A DNA stretch of 49,242 nucleotides, the filler included, from Sphacelaria rigidula (taxonomy: Eukaryota): NCBI GenBank assembly GCA_964200075.2. It is 3 parts of 3 records of this genome, joined end to end, with 100 filler letters (N's around TTAATTAATTAA, not from the genome) between each part and the next. Parts side by side here need not be neighbours in the genome. Positions count along the whole stretch, not along the records: positions 32,897 to 49,242 come from CAXNAA020001392.1; 2 more parts are not named here. One strand, 5' to 3'. The notes beneath the pieces were generated by a model. That model had not been told where the DNA came from, searched no databases, and was given only the letters and a program-made list of their open reading frames with translations. A program made the position numbers and the translations under genes. Each line of letters opens with the position of its first letter. Within the stretch, counting starts at the first letter, position 1. Positions 36,301 through 49,242 of this stretch are shown in pieces.

Positions 36301-39300
36301 TTGATCTACACTTCTTCCCGCAATCTCACCATTGCACCGGTGTCACCCACGAGATCTCGCCACCCACTTTGTTGACCGATTTCGTATCTGCCCCCCCGGC
36401 GTGGTCATCTACGAACTACCGTGCTCGATTTGCAGCAATGGTTAGCGAGGTTCTTGTCGCGGTACACGGGCACGTTGATTACTGTTTCGCACGACGATGC
36501 TCTTCTGGAGGGGGTGAAGCTATCCGTGGTGGCCGAGGTGGCAAATCAAAGAGTCGAGGTGTTCAAGGGCTGCGGATACAAGAAGTTCCTCGTCGAGCGG
36601 GAGGAACGCATGAAGTGGGTTGCGTTGTTGACAAGAGAAAAAAACCATACCTGTTCAGTTGAAGAATTAACTACATTCGGAAATTGATTTTGCAAGCTGT
36701 GAGTAGCCCATCCTCCCCCCTCCCCATATTGGGAGTAGGAACAGGGCTCCGTCGGGAAAGGGATGGATGCGTGATCGATGGTCAAACGACTGAGGCAAGC
36801 AACAAATGAGTACCCCCCCCCCCCGACCGTCTACTATAATCCTCAACGGGTTGACTATAGAGATACATTAGTATGCTCCGGACACGAGATGTTACGGTGC
36901 GACACGAGGTCATGGCCCACATCTTGACGTGGGACGATTCCCAACCTCAAATGTGACCCCATACACAGCTGTGTCAGGACTCCTGCTATTCACCTCCCAA
37001 CCAAGGCAGTGTATATATCAGTGACAATGGTTATTGAGGGCGCGATGAATGCAGAGTGAACAATTGATTGTTGGTTCACTGGAGCTTTCCTCTTCGGTGC
37101 TCGCCTTACTTCCTATCGCGAGAAGGGTTCAGTAGGCCTTTTCCCTCGTCGACCGTGGAGTCGAATCTTGTGTACCCACGACATAGTCGCTCTCCAGTGT
37201 CTCGCCTGATATGGGAAAAATCCCAGGTCTTCTGACTTTTATCGAGATTCAAACCCACGTCCCAACCGTCAGAAGATATCGAGGTTACCAACTGAGCTAG
37301 CTACCGGGACAATCCTTTGACAAGACGCAGCTGATAGCTACCAATCACGTCGAGGGCATGCTATGAGTCACTTTTACTGCACTTTCAGTGTGAGGCCTCT
37401 TGCATCGATTCTTGGACCCAAGAAAAGTGGTCTGGCTGCCATCGTAAAAACTTCCATTGCTTTTCACCTGTCGAAAGGCTGAGCACTATGTGCATCGGCA
37501 GCAGCCCGAGTCCACCAATTGGACTTGATCGTGCTGAGCTCCGGAAGGTAAATGGCGAGTACAGGGTAAGCTCACCGCAGTTTGGTGTATTGTCTTACGC
37601 GGCACGGTTGTGCTTGTCTGTGCTTGTTGCCTTGACGTAATAGGGCCGCGAAAGCCAAGTACGAGCTGGAGCAGAAGGAGATGGCTCGGTTACAGGGATT
37701 CATCGACCGGTTTGGTGCACAGGCAAGTAAGTCTAGGCAAGTGTATGGGGTCGAGTCAATCTCTCCACCTTGCTCGCGCCCCTTGATTGACCCCTGCACC
37801 GTGTGGCATGTAACACTGTGTTACAATATGCTTACTGTGAGTTAGGTTTGCAAGTGACCCTATCAGGACGAAATCTGAGTTGAAGGCAACCCCGCCATCA
37901 TGACATAAAGGACAGGCGCTCACGTTGGCCATTCGTGCATTCGGATAATTTTTCTTTGCTTTTTTTGTTCCTGAAGGCCGGCAGGCTAACTGTCTGACGA
38001 CGCAAGACACCCGTCGACGTTAACATGAGATGGTGCCAATGTTCACATATTTATATTACTGCAGGCCACGAAGGCATCTGCGGCCCAGTCCCGAGTGAAA
38101 ATGCTGGAGAAGATGAGCAAGAACGCTACTCCCGCACCAGAAGGGAAAAGGGCCTTCAAGGCTAAGATGAAGCTGCCGACCCCCCCACCGTGCCACGCTA
38201 ATCAGGTGCATGTCATTTGTTGATTTTTACGATCACCTCCTCTGTGCATGTTGATGCCATCTGTTCTACTCACAGTGTCCTCTTGAAAATCATGTGCTCT
38301 GCTTGTGAGCTCTAGCTGGTGTTGCGTTGTTGTCTGCTTGCTGCTGTGTGGCTGCTGTGCCGCTGTGCTATTGCTCACTTCAATGTCGCTGCTGTCATTG
38401 ACATCATGGCAATTTCTGTTCGGCCCTTTGGGGCGATTTTTTGGCAGGTGCAACTAGTGGACGCCAGCTTTGGATGGGGAGATGCCCCGCCAACCGCAAC
38501 GGACGTCAATATGAAACTCGAGAAGGTGTGGTAGAAACAGCTCTCACTGGCTACATAGATCTCCAGCTGCGTGTACCGAGCAACTTCAGTTATTCCAATC
38601 ATCATCATGATCGAACAGCGCGTCAACCCCTGGAACGTAGTGTTAGTCGAGCTGAAGCCCCCCTTCCTTCCGCCTGGAGGTCCTAATATTTCTGCTGGTG
38701 ATTCAACTCCATAATCCACGTGGCATTCCTTGGTCCATTGGTCGTGTCATGCCTCAAATGCGCGCATGCCATAAGCTTGTCGTATTGCAGTGCAATTTGG
38801 CTGACTGCCGGATCAAAGCGTTGCGTGTGTCGAGCAACGAACCTAACAACCGCGCGTCGCTCTCGACCCATTGCTGCTGTCGCCTTTGCCTGTGCTCTCT
38901 TTCGTTCTCCCGTTTCCCCCAACAGGGTCAAACTCTGGCTATCCTTGGACCAAACGGTGCCGGGAAAAGCACTCTTCTCAAGGCCCTTTGCGGGATGCTC
39001 CCGCTTAGTGCAGGAGCCCGAAATGAGGGAGACGGGGTAAAGCTGGGAGTGTTCACACAGGTACAGTATAACAATCAGGCGTGGCAAGCTTGACCGTGGT
39101 GAAGGTGTTGGACGCTGGGACATGATTCGTTCGAGCAGTTTTGCGCACCGCCCATATCTCTTCCCGATCATTACTCTCGGTACGTGATACGCTATGACAC
39201 TGCAGTGCACGGCGTGGTCTGTGTTGAAGAAGCAGTTTCGTACTGTTCTGTTTTATATTCATCATCAATGCGTGCTGCATGTCCTGTACTACAGGTGGCA

Positions 39301-42300
39301 TTCTAGTAGCGGACATCCTGGTGGTGACACGCGTCGTCTCATGTTGGTGTGTTGGTCTGTTGATGTGACCAAACGTTGAGAGTGTGCCTACCGCTCATGT
39401 AGCATTGCCGCTAGTGCCGCACTTCAAAAGCTTTTACTCCGTGCAGCTGTTCCATGTACGCTACTTGGATACATTGGTACGTGTTGGACCGATTGTTCTC
39501 GAGCCGTCATACCTCATGCTGTCGACGTCCCAACAAACACACGCAGGACTTGGCCCAGGACCTTCCCCAAGATGCTGTGGCTTTGGAGCTAGTGTTGGAA
39601 AGAGTGAGGGAGCACGACGCCACTGTGTCAGATGAGCAGGCTCGCACCATCCTGGTGAGAGATGACGTACAAGGTGTTTTTCGGAGTGATGAAGTGATGC
39701 TGTACCACCATGACCACGCGACTGCCCCCTGTGTAGCTTCGCACACGTTGTCCGTTGTATTTCTGTTTCAGGTAGACGTCCAAGATGGGTAGCATCGCAT
39801 CTCGCGCTTGTGTGTTGGTTGGTCTAGTCGTTCATGTTTGATGCAATTGTATGACGCGAATCGAAGTGATTGCTCTTGAATTATGTACTGTAAATCGAGG
39901 GCGCAGTTAAGTAGCCAAGAACAGCGTGGTAGTGCTGACTCGTGGTTTCAATCGAGTTCCATTATCAAAACGGAACCTTGACGAAGGCGGCATGACCGGC
40001 TTCGGCATTCAGATGAGCCCCCGCTCTCTATCTAAAATCAGGAAGGAAGTGACGGCTTATGAGTACTATCCCTCTTGGCAAATTCGAGGGTGCCACTCGC
40101 GCACAACGTGTCAGTTCGCTGTTCTCGATGTTCTTCTTTACGGCTCCAGTCTCACTGTGGCGCTGGATGCGGATGCCTTGGTCAACCACTTGTCACGTAT
40201 GTATAATCGGGTACAGGATGGTGTTGATATATTCACGCGGAAGTCGACATCATCATGGACTATCCGTTCTCGTTGATGATGCTTTTCCGTCCGGCCGGTC
40301 GTTTTGTGCTCGACTCGACTACTTGTCAGGGATCGTTGGGACTCATGGGCCCCAAAGCGCTGCGGAAGATCGGCGTTTTGTCGGGTGGAGAAAAGGCGAG
40401 GGTGGCCCTGGCTATCTTTGTCATGATTCCCTACAACGTGCTCATGCTGGACGAACCCTCCAACCACCTGGGTGAGTCGCGGAAGCTGGCAAGAATTGCT
40501 GAGCGACACATAACAGCGGGTGTTACCTGCCTTTTTTTTGCGTTGCTGAAACCATACATACATACATACATACATACATACATACATACATACATACATA
40601 CATACATACATACATGCACACATACGTGCATACGTGCATACATTGCGGCCCAGTTTTTGACAGTATTTCTGCCCCCCAAGTAAGATTAACAAGGTTTGAG
40701 TGATATATACGATAAAAAAAATGACATATCTCGACTTGCTTCTGGTGTGATCTCGTCTATGGAAGAGTGACAGCGGACAATACGATTGGTAGCCGCAACG
40801 CTCTGACCGCCGACACTTGCATCACCGCCTGGACGATTCTGCATGTAGAGGCAACAACTGTGGCACCCTGTAACACAACGAGCGTGGGTAGCATGGGGGT
40901 ACCGGAGATGATGGCCTGGAATTAGCCCCAACAAGCGAATGTGGAGGATTGACAGCATGATGCCCAAAACCTTGCGATCGTAATTGTAAATACACACATT
41001 GACTTATTTGGGATTCTGCGATGTGCTTCTCGTTTGATGGTAACTATGCGTGGCCAACCTCGAAAGTAGTGCATGTATGGCATCCCCAGGTGGTTGTTAC
41101 GGCTCATGTGCATAACGGCTACTGTCTGTCGCGAGTGCATGTGGAGCTTCATAGCTAGGCATTGTCGAGTAATCAACGCATGCGTTTTCGTTATGCGTCA
41201 TGGGTTATGGCTGATCCACTGATTGATTCCCTGGCTTGCTGCTACGCTCGTGTATTTGTTTCGCTATTTTCATAAACCGTCCACACATGGATGGTATTCC
41301 GGCTTTGTGACGCGGCGCAGATGCTGAAACATTGGATTCCCTCGTGGACGCCATTCGGGTGAGGAACACAGCACACCAGCAACAACTCCCGTCGTATCTT
41401 TGCACCACCGCATGATGGGTTGTTTATGATTAGTGCCGGTGGATCGCAGTACTGGCAAAAATAATGGCAGCTAAGTCCTTCCTACTCCACTTTGTGGCAC
41501 TATAGTGAAGCATCTCTTGCTCGCATGGCAGTCACTACGTTCCTGGCGATTTTATGTGCACCGTGTGTAAGAGTCACGAGCAAAGTCACCGTATTGAAGG
41601 GGACTTGAAATTTGCACGAGATATTGCACACACCTGTCTAGCTCGTCTAGATTATCACGGACTAACGGCCCGGAACATTCCTGCACTCATCGTATGCTAC
41701 TTACCATGGCTTACTCTGTATCTCGTAGCTCATCGTGTCTGCTCTGACAGACGGAGCAGCTAGCGCTTCACAAGTTTTTGGTGAAGGTTCACAGGTGACT
41801 TCGATCGTTTGCCGCTGTTTCGACTTGCCCAACAACGCTCACGGACGCATGTTGTGCGCATGTGTATACTGTCGTAACCTCGTCCTGCAACCGTTTGTGT
41901 GTGGTGTGTTGCGTACTATGGCGCGGAAGGGGTGGAAGGGCACGGTAGTGGTGGTGTCTCACAACAGGGACTTCGTCATGAGCCTGGCCACCACACATAC
42001 GGCCGTGGTTGAAGACGGAAAGGTGAAGGTTATGGATAGGCCGCCAAGACCGGAAGACTGGGAGCACGATGCTGAGGGCCAGGGCTGGAAGTAAGCGGTG
42101 TAACTTATCACATGCACGTACTGCAAAGTAGAACCGAGAACATGTCTGCATACGTACAATGAGCAACACATCGATATTGAAGTACTTCCGTACGTGATAC
42201 TACTAAAAGCACCCACACACACACACCGCGGTACTGCAAGTCAGTTTTCGAGCACAGTACAGTACAGTGTTATTCTCTGCGCCAGTCACTCGTCTTGAAA

Positions 42301-45300
42301 TATTGACCTGTACTGTGTACGTGTGATATTTACCCGCAGCCACCGGTGACCTGTGATGAAGACTGTTGTGTGTATCGAGTAGGCTTAATGTGGTGGGAAG
42401 CCAAGGCACCCTTGGTGTGATGCCGTAACTATCGTTGGTGTATCAAAAGTCAGTATTTTTGGCAGGTATGTGCATGATATGGGGTCCGTAGAGATGGGGT
42501 CGTGCAGTTCAGTGCAGTCCAATGTGGTGCACCGCAGGACGTCCCAGTGCAAAGTGCAGTGTAGTACGCTATTCATTAGGCTGGTGCGTCGCTTGATTCG
42601 ACAGTTGGGTGAGGGCATCATCATGCAGTAAATCATAACACATGAAATCATCAATCATCACCTACGGTACAGTACCACATACGTTACATGTGTCATGTGT
42701 CACAGATATGCAAGGGGATGCACGTGTATTATGTATTCCACTCGTGGTTTCGTCACAGAGGTCATGGTATGTACTTTGCGTTACTGTACGCACCGCGCGA
42801 GATATATACGGTAACGGTATGTACTCACGCATCCGTGGCCCCGAAATGTGTCATTTTCTATATTATAGCACTTAGTTCCAGCACTTGGAGAGGATCTCTC
42901 TGCAAAATGTCTTCAGCAACAACAACAACAACGACGACGACGACGACGACGCTCTGAGTCTAAGCTTGTGAAACCTGCATATCGAACGTCCATGGCACGC
43001 TGTGATTGAGCAGAGCGGAAAAGTCTCAGGCCGAGATGACGCCAGAGGAGAAGGCTGAGCACAAGCGGCAACGAGCGGCGGCAGATAAACTTCGGAAGAG
43101 GAAGGTCAACGCACCTGGGAGGATAAGCAAGATACAGGTGTGAGGTGTGAACCGCATGAACCACGAGAACTCCGTGTTGTGCAACACCGAGTGGGGCCAA
43201 AGTACGTTGGCGTGCAGGGGTGGATCATATGTCGCTGCCAACGATCACATGTTCAATTGTGCGCACCAGATCCCCAAACGTAATTGACATCCCTATTAGT
43301 GGTCACCCACGTCAGTTGGGATATTGAGTCTCACAGGTTATCGGTGTCCAAACACAACGGTCATGCTGTTTGTCAGGTTACACAGGGGATGACTCGTTGG
43401 TCCGCTTTATTTTGACGCTTTTTGTAAAGACGTGCGTTCCGTGTGAAATGTCCTTTTCTGCCCCAACCGTTCTTGTACACTACTATACACCATCTGTCCC
43501 CCGTTGCAAACTTGTGGGTACACTTGACGTCAGCATGCCAGCTGCATGGTCTGAAACGTCCTCGCTCGTGCCGATGTCGTTGGTATGCCCTTGGCTTTTC
43601 GCTCTCATGTGTCGATTGAATGCTCCAAGGTTATGCTGGAAGAGCTGGATGGCAAGGTAGATACGCTGACAAATAAATTGTACGAGGAGGGAAACGACAA
43701 GGCAACGGTAGACAAAATTTTGCAGGAGAAGGAAGCCGCAGAGGCTAGGATATCCAGTCTATACGAGGAGGTGAGATCTCCAGTCAATGTGGTTGTACAC
43801 CTGCGTGTGTTAGTGCATCTGAGTGGTGACTCTCGGTCGTTCTATTTTTTTTTCTGATGACCCAGGTTAATAACGACCTGACCCCCTGACATGTGAAGGA
43901 CGAGTGTGGAGCATTCTGGGGGCAATACTAACAGACGGAAGCTTTCTGTATGAACAGGATAGGATAAAATAGGGGGCGATTGACCCGGTGTCATGGATAT
44001 ACAATGATGCCTGTACTTCCAGGTGCCTTCCGGGTGCCCATGTACCTTAGAATATCTACCCTCGTCTGATTTTGTAGCCCACTCCCTACGGGACAAGGGC
44101 TAGGTAGCATTGTGGCGAAACGAACCTGGATCCAAGTCACCGTTTGTCTCGTAGAGGGGGGGAGGATAGATGCGATCACAGTATGGCTTGCGCTAGAAAC
44201 CCGAAGTTGAGTCCTATGATCGCTTCATTTTTTCAGTTAGAAAACATGGCAGTGTTTTAGGGAAACGATCGTTTTTCGAGGCCGCATTTTGTTTTGTAAG
44301 AATCCAACTGACCCACATGAACATGTTCAAGGTTGTGTTCTGTAGGGTACGGTTTTCTGTATACCCGTGGTATTTTGCTGGGTATTTACCTTACCCGACA
44401 GTTCTTTGGCTTCTGTAAGACTTCCATACCCTTACCCGATAGTTCTGTAATCTCTGTATTACTATCATACCTTTGCCCGATAGTTCTGTAATCTCTGTCG
44501 GACTCCAGTACCGTTCCCGAGGGGCACAGGTACGCTCTTGATAAGACACCCGATTGCGAATATGGTTTTCTGTGCAACGTCCATACCCTACCCGACAGTT
44601 TCTGTGAGTTCTATAAGCCTCCCATACCCTCACCCGACAGTTCTCTGGGTTCTGTGCAGAACGATTACCCGTAACCCGCAGCGCGGGTATGCTCTTGAAG
44701 AAATACCCGATTGCCGGTACGATTTTTCGGTAAGCCTCCCGTACCGTACCCGACAAGTTCTATGAAGTCTGTACTGTATGACTTTCATACCCTTACCCGA
44801 TAGTTCTGTGAGTTCTGTAAACCTCCCGTAGCCTTACCCGACAGTTACCCGTACCCGGAGCGCGGATATGTTCTCGGAGAAATCCCCGACTACCGCTACG
44901 GTTTTCCGGTAAGCCTCCCCTACCGTGCCCGACAGGTTCTGTAATTTCTGTAAGACTTTCAAACCAGTACCCGACAGTTTTGTAATTCCTGTGATCCTCT
45001 CATACCGGTACCCGATATTTCTGTAGTGTCTGTAAGGAACCCCATGCTCTACATAACATACCCGTACCCTACAGAACACAACCTTGGAAATTTTTATGTT
45101 CTGATACCGCTGTGCCGTGTGCCATAGCCAATATCTGACCGGTCACAACTTCCCACACACAGCGACCATTGGAGCCAGCCCTCTTACATACCATACCGAC
45201 ACGCTTAACTGGAACAGCACACGAGTCCTGGGAAATGCTGTACACCGTGACCGTCATGCTGCTCGCAGTGATGATGTAGATCAAACTTCCTTATCGTTTG

Positions 45301-46648
45301 CTGCCCGATCAGATTGCAATAGTCGCAATAGTCGATACTGTACGCGGTACAATTTTCCACGATGGAATCTTTCATCCAGCGTGTGCATATCTTCAGTTTG
45401 TCGCCATGCCCTCCACCCGATTCCCCCCCGTCACAACTGGAAGCTGCATGAACACCATGATCTACGCGATTTCTCGAAACTTGTGCTGCTCCATTCAGTG
45501 AAAGTCTCGATACGGTGTTCGGAAGAGCAGGTCCCACAGGTCGCCGTGTGCGCGAAGTTGTGATCGGTCAGATATTAGCTTTGACAGCGGTATGAAAACA
45601 CACAAGGGTCGCTATGTGAGTCAGTTCGATATTTGCGAAAAAAAAAAAATCACAATCAAGGATGGCGTGGCACAAGTTGTCCGCGCAATATCCTCGGCAG
45701 AGAACATGCGAGGAACACAAACACACAAACAAGGATACTTGAGCAGTACAGTACCGGCTACGGATACCTTGAGCTGTACTGTACTGTGCTGTTCTGCACT
45801 TCAATATACTCACACAGAAGCAGGCAGTACCGTTTCACAAAAGTGCATGGTGAGGCATTTTTTGTGTATCGTTCTCACTCCTAACTCCTACCCTTCCTCG
45901 GGACGAGTCCGTGGTCTAATGAACTCAAGGGATCAACCCATCTCTCCCCGGTTCAGGGCTCACATACTCCGTAAGATTGTCAGCAGCTGTATCACCCCTC
46001 TTCCGCGGCAGGTACCAAGTCGACCCGCGAGGGGACAATCTGCATTTGACGCGGGGCAGGTCGCCTGGCACCGAAGAACACGGGAACGAGAACATGAGGC
46101 TTGCCTGCGGAATGGTCATGAAGCGGTCAGAAGTAGCGGAGGTTCGAGCCCCAGATAATTGATCTCGAACGCGCTGCGAGGAGTCGGGTTGACGCCCACC
46201 GCTGTGGAGTACTGAAGCCGTTTTTGTCGTGAAGTGAATCAAGCTGATCAGGAAACGGAATCGAATCGAAAATCATGTAGCTTTTCGTCATACCACACGG
46301 TGTACGTGAGGCTTCTTCGACGTTCCATATTTCGGCTGCTTGTCTTTCCACCCGTACAGTATAATGTGCTGTTGCGCACTGGGCATGTCAGGAGTGTACT
46401 CTACCCCCTGCGCTAATTTGTTTTGCTCGTTGCTCCCCCTGCTCCGTCTCCACATGTTCGTTTCCGGCCGCCCCCTACATGATCTCTACTACACGCGACG
46501 TGGCGCGATGCATGGGTTGACGCATCTGTGCTGGATCATTTTATCCGTATGCGGGGCATCTTGTGTCTATTCACGCGTTGATCATGTCTGTTCCTGCTTC
46601 ATGGTTTTTTAGTGGGAAGAGCTCGATGTGTTGTTGAAAGAGGAGTAA
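33376..46648 (+). CDS. ABC-F family ATPase (two NBDs, no membrane domain) with a C-terminal coiled-coil domain; 5'-truncated. Exons: 33376-33457, 35325-35463, 35679-35840, 36436-36614, 37644-37722, 38065-38205, 38448-38525, 38926-39060, 39547-39654, 40330-40471, 41321-41358, 41930-42090, 43014-43137, 43630-43770, 46613-46648 (TAA).
   Basis: The exon phases chain into one open frame of 1745 nt ending in TAA. NBD1 motifs: Q-loop [42 protein letters not shown]. Linker: [27 protein letters not shown]2 motifs: [38 protein letters not shown]-terminal domain: [10 protein letters not shown]...LYEEWEELD. The exon(s) with NBD1 Walker A are missing and presumably lie beyond the scaffold edge. Confidence 0.93.
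37105..37310 (-). mobile_element. 5' half of the same SINE family, in an ABC-F intron
   Basis: The minus strand reads TAGCTCAGTTGGTAACC...GGGTTTGAATCTCG. It shares TCGTCGACCGTG..TCGA...GTGTACCCAC.ACATAGTCGCTCTCC with 24838-24885. Confidence 0.7.
40553..40614. repeat. (CATA)n microsatellite
   Basis: Directly visible; intronic in the ABC-F gene. Confidence 0.95.
42917..42951. repeat. Compound (CAA)n(CGA)n microsatellite
   Basis: Directly visible. Confidence 0.9.
44328..45086. mobile_element. TIR element filled with degenerate tandem TACCCGACAGTTCTGT(A/G)A units, in the last ABC-F intron
   Basis: Perfect 25-bp inverted termini CAAGGTTGTGTTCTGTAGGGTACGG / CCGTACCCTACAGAACACAACCTTG, which may extend imperfectly about 15 bp outward. 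Many internal TACCCGA(C/T)AGTTCTGT repeats. Confidence 0.85.
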
Positions 46649-48434
46649 TACATGGTATATTTCATAGAGGTATCGTACATGATAAAATGTGACAGATGTG
46701 CTAGTCGGCCCGATTTTTTATCCTTGTGCTGTGGGGAAGGGAATGTAGTCATAATCTTGCATGCCGTGATCATGAGGTAATTGACCTCGCATCCCTACAA
46801 GCCGGGGCGGAACATGGCGCCGGCGGCGGGGGGGGAAGGCGACCACCGGTAATGCGTTCAATACACAGCGGGGATTTTTTCAAGTTGAGGCTGTGATGAT
46901 TCGATGGTTTATCGGGCGTTGCGTAATACGATGTTACTAATGAGCACTGCCGCTGCGTCTTGTGCATGATCGATGGATGATCTGCGGTTGGGTTTGTCGT
47001 GCATGCTACGTTTCGCCTCTTCAAGGATGTTCCTCGTATGCACCTACCGGTGCTTGTGACTCTCTAGGCACGAATGCTACGATTGTGGATAGCTTTGTTT
47101 AGTCTGGCAGCAGAGTGCCTAGCACTTTAGTGTATATCATGACTTACGATGCGATCGGCTCGGAATTGAAAACGATCATTCGAGCAGTTACCCATGTACC
47201 GTAATGTATGCGACGATCAGGTTGTTGCGTGCTGAGTCGCACACGATCCCGGCTTTACAGGTATTCACACCACGAGGACAGTAGGCCGCAGTGTACGTGG
47301 GCTGTCCACCGTGCCTTCAAGCATCTCCATCGTCTCCAAAGCTGTGCACTGTAGAGCCTATCCGTGCGTTCGTTTGTTCTGGCCTATCAATCGGTTGGTC
47401 ATGCTCGTGCTGTGTGTGGTGGACCTCTGTGTGTCTTTGTGGTTCCTTTGTGGGTTTTATCGGTTCGGTGTTCGGTTGAGTTTTACTTCCCATCGGCAAA
47501 GAGGGTCCGCCTCGGTGTATGAACGTTGATGTTTGACTTCAGAATGCATTTATACGAATGATTCAGGTACTACCGGTCTGTGGGGATGAATCTGTCGTCC
47601 GTGTGTTCTTGTTTTCGTGCTGTATCTTGATGGGTACCGGTGCTGTGTTCGCAAGATTCAGCTTCTTCCGTTATTGCCGATGAGTTGCTCAGAGAGGAAT
47701 ATTCCTTCCTGTAATCCGTTTCATTTGTCACCTGTACGCTGCGTCACAATGGAGTGCTCTAATGGTGCTGGCTGTTTTTATTTCATGTGCAGTATAATAT
47801 CCTGAGTTGAAAGTCCAACAACTCAGCACGATTGTATTTCTGACTCATCCGTTTCTGTCGCCCGAGATAAACCGCGCGCTACCTCAGCCCCTTCGTACCC
47901 TCTCAGAAGATCACAAGTGTCTTTTTCTGTTCAACCCTAAATAAGGACTGAAATTTGCTTCCACCACGGGATAGAAGCTCATTCAGTTCCCCGTCTCGCA
48001 TGAACAGATGTAGCACCCAATATTCCGATTTTGGATGTAAGGTAGACTGGCTTCATGTACTTCTTCTCCTTCACACTTTAAATTCCTCCCGTTTCTCGGG
48101 ATAAGTCCGTGACCTCAGGGGGTCAACTCGTCTCTCCCCCGGTACGTCTTCCACTTGAGTATTGTCGCGGGTTAGATGAGCGCTCCTGCGCCGCGTCGTC
48201 GATTCTCGTCAGATATCAGGTAGACTTTCTTCGACACTCACTTCCTCACGTTTTGGAGCATGGAAATCAGACGCCACAGCACAGACTACAGACTGGAGTA
48301 CGTCACTTGGAAAAATAATGCTTGCATTCGCCGGGAGTCGAACCGAAGTGTCTTTCACGCTTCGCTTGTGTCGCTTGTAACAGCATATGGCAGTGTCACA
48401 TATCGATAATTTTTTCATCATTTCAGAGGAATGC

Positions 48435-48708
48435 CACGGCAGGGGTGCACTTTTAGCGCAAAATTTTGTCTGCTCAAGGGGCTCCTAACGATTCTAGATG
48501 TACAAGAATAAGGGTCAGGGCATCCCAGTTTGCAAATCCATTAATGATATCCTTCGGGTGAATCTAACCCTAACCCTAGCCCTTGTCACATCGGAACAAC
48601 AATTATATTACTGGCGTACTCTCACATATTTCATAAGTCGTGTTTTGGATTAAATAAAGGGCCCCTAACGATTTTAACCTAAAAAAATATTAATGCGCCC
48701 CTACCGTA
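48435..48708. mobile_element. Small MITE with ~18-bp imperfect TIRs and an internal CTAACCCTAACCCTAGCCC
   Basis: CACGGCAGGGGTGCACTT versus the reverse complement TACGGTAGGGGCGCATTA. Internal direct repeat AAGGG..CCTAACGATT. Confidence 0.6.
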
Positions 48709-49242
48709 GCATCACACTTCATGTCATGAATATAAAAGGGGAGGTATATATTTTCTTTCCAACACCACATACATTCAGATGTTTTCTGGCACTTTCTACG
48801 ATAGCCCTCCCCAAAACCAGCCCAAAAGTGTCACGATAAAAATGGTCATACTGCGCCTGATGCTCGGATTCAGGCTGCATGAAGCGCCTCACATTGGCAA
48901 CATTGGTGAGAAACGAACCCAAGCGTGGGAATTCCCAGCTGCTCGTTGTGCTCGGCTTTTTTCATTTCGATTTACGTCAAGATTTTGCCTCCCCAAAACC
49001 ATGCACTTTTGGGGGGGGGCTATCGTAAAAAGTGTCTTCTGTTGTACAAGGCCAAATTTTGAAAAATATCTTGGTTCGTTCATCTCGTCAGAAGTGTATT
49101 TCACAAGTCGGAGAAATCAAGGATTTACACTGTCAGACTTTCGTTCGACAAATTGTTCCCGAAACGTCCCTTTCCCCCCCTCCCCCCCCTGCCATGAGGC
49201 AGAGTTATAGCCGTGGCTGTCTCTGGAAGTGGCGATACCAGA

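Noticed and set aside
40472-40683. YIHT-repeat C-terminus in ORF 40255-40683
   Set aside because: This is read-through into the intron and its (CATA)n microsatellite. The real exon ends at the G|gtgagt donor at 40471.
193-46648. FANCI, LRR and ABC-F as a functional gene cluster
   Set aside because: They lie on three artificially concatenated scaffolds.

Overview
This window is eukaryotic, intron-rich and repeat-rich DNA. It is most likely from a brown alga (Ectocarpales-like). That is an inference from the gene architecture, the LRR N-cap exon type and a TTAGGG-type repeat. The window is not one locus. Two identical 100-nt linkers (44 N + TTAATTAATTAA + 44 N) join three pieces of 16,350, 16,346 and 16,346 nt, as expected for size-sorted unplaced scaffolds. 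Scaffold 1 (1-16350) carries the 5' part of a FANCI-like DNA-repair gene on the minus strand (six phase-0 exons, no stop codon before the scaffold edge), followed by transposon debris. Scaffold 2 (16451-32796) is a nest of MITEs, foldback elements and SINEs. It holds an inverted duplication of at least 1.8 kb whose arms each carry an identical phase-1/1 LRR N-cap exon. One arm also has a downstream 69-nt single-LRR exon and a fresh Sola-like MITE with a 4-bp TSD. Scaffold 3 (32897-49242) carries a 5'-truncated 15-exon ABC-F ATPase gene with a bacterial-type C-terminal coiled coil and one GC-AG intron. Most ORFs in the six-frame track are spurious. All family assignments come from motif recognition by eye, not from database searches.
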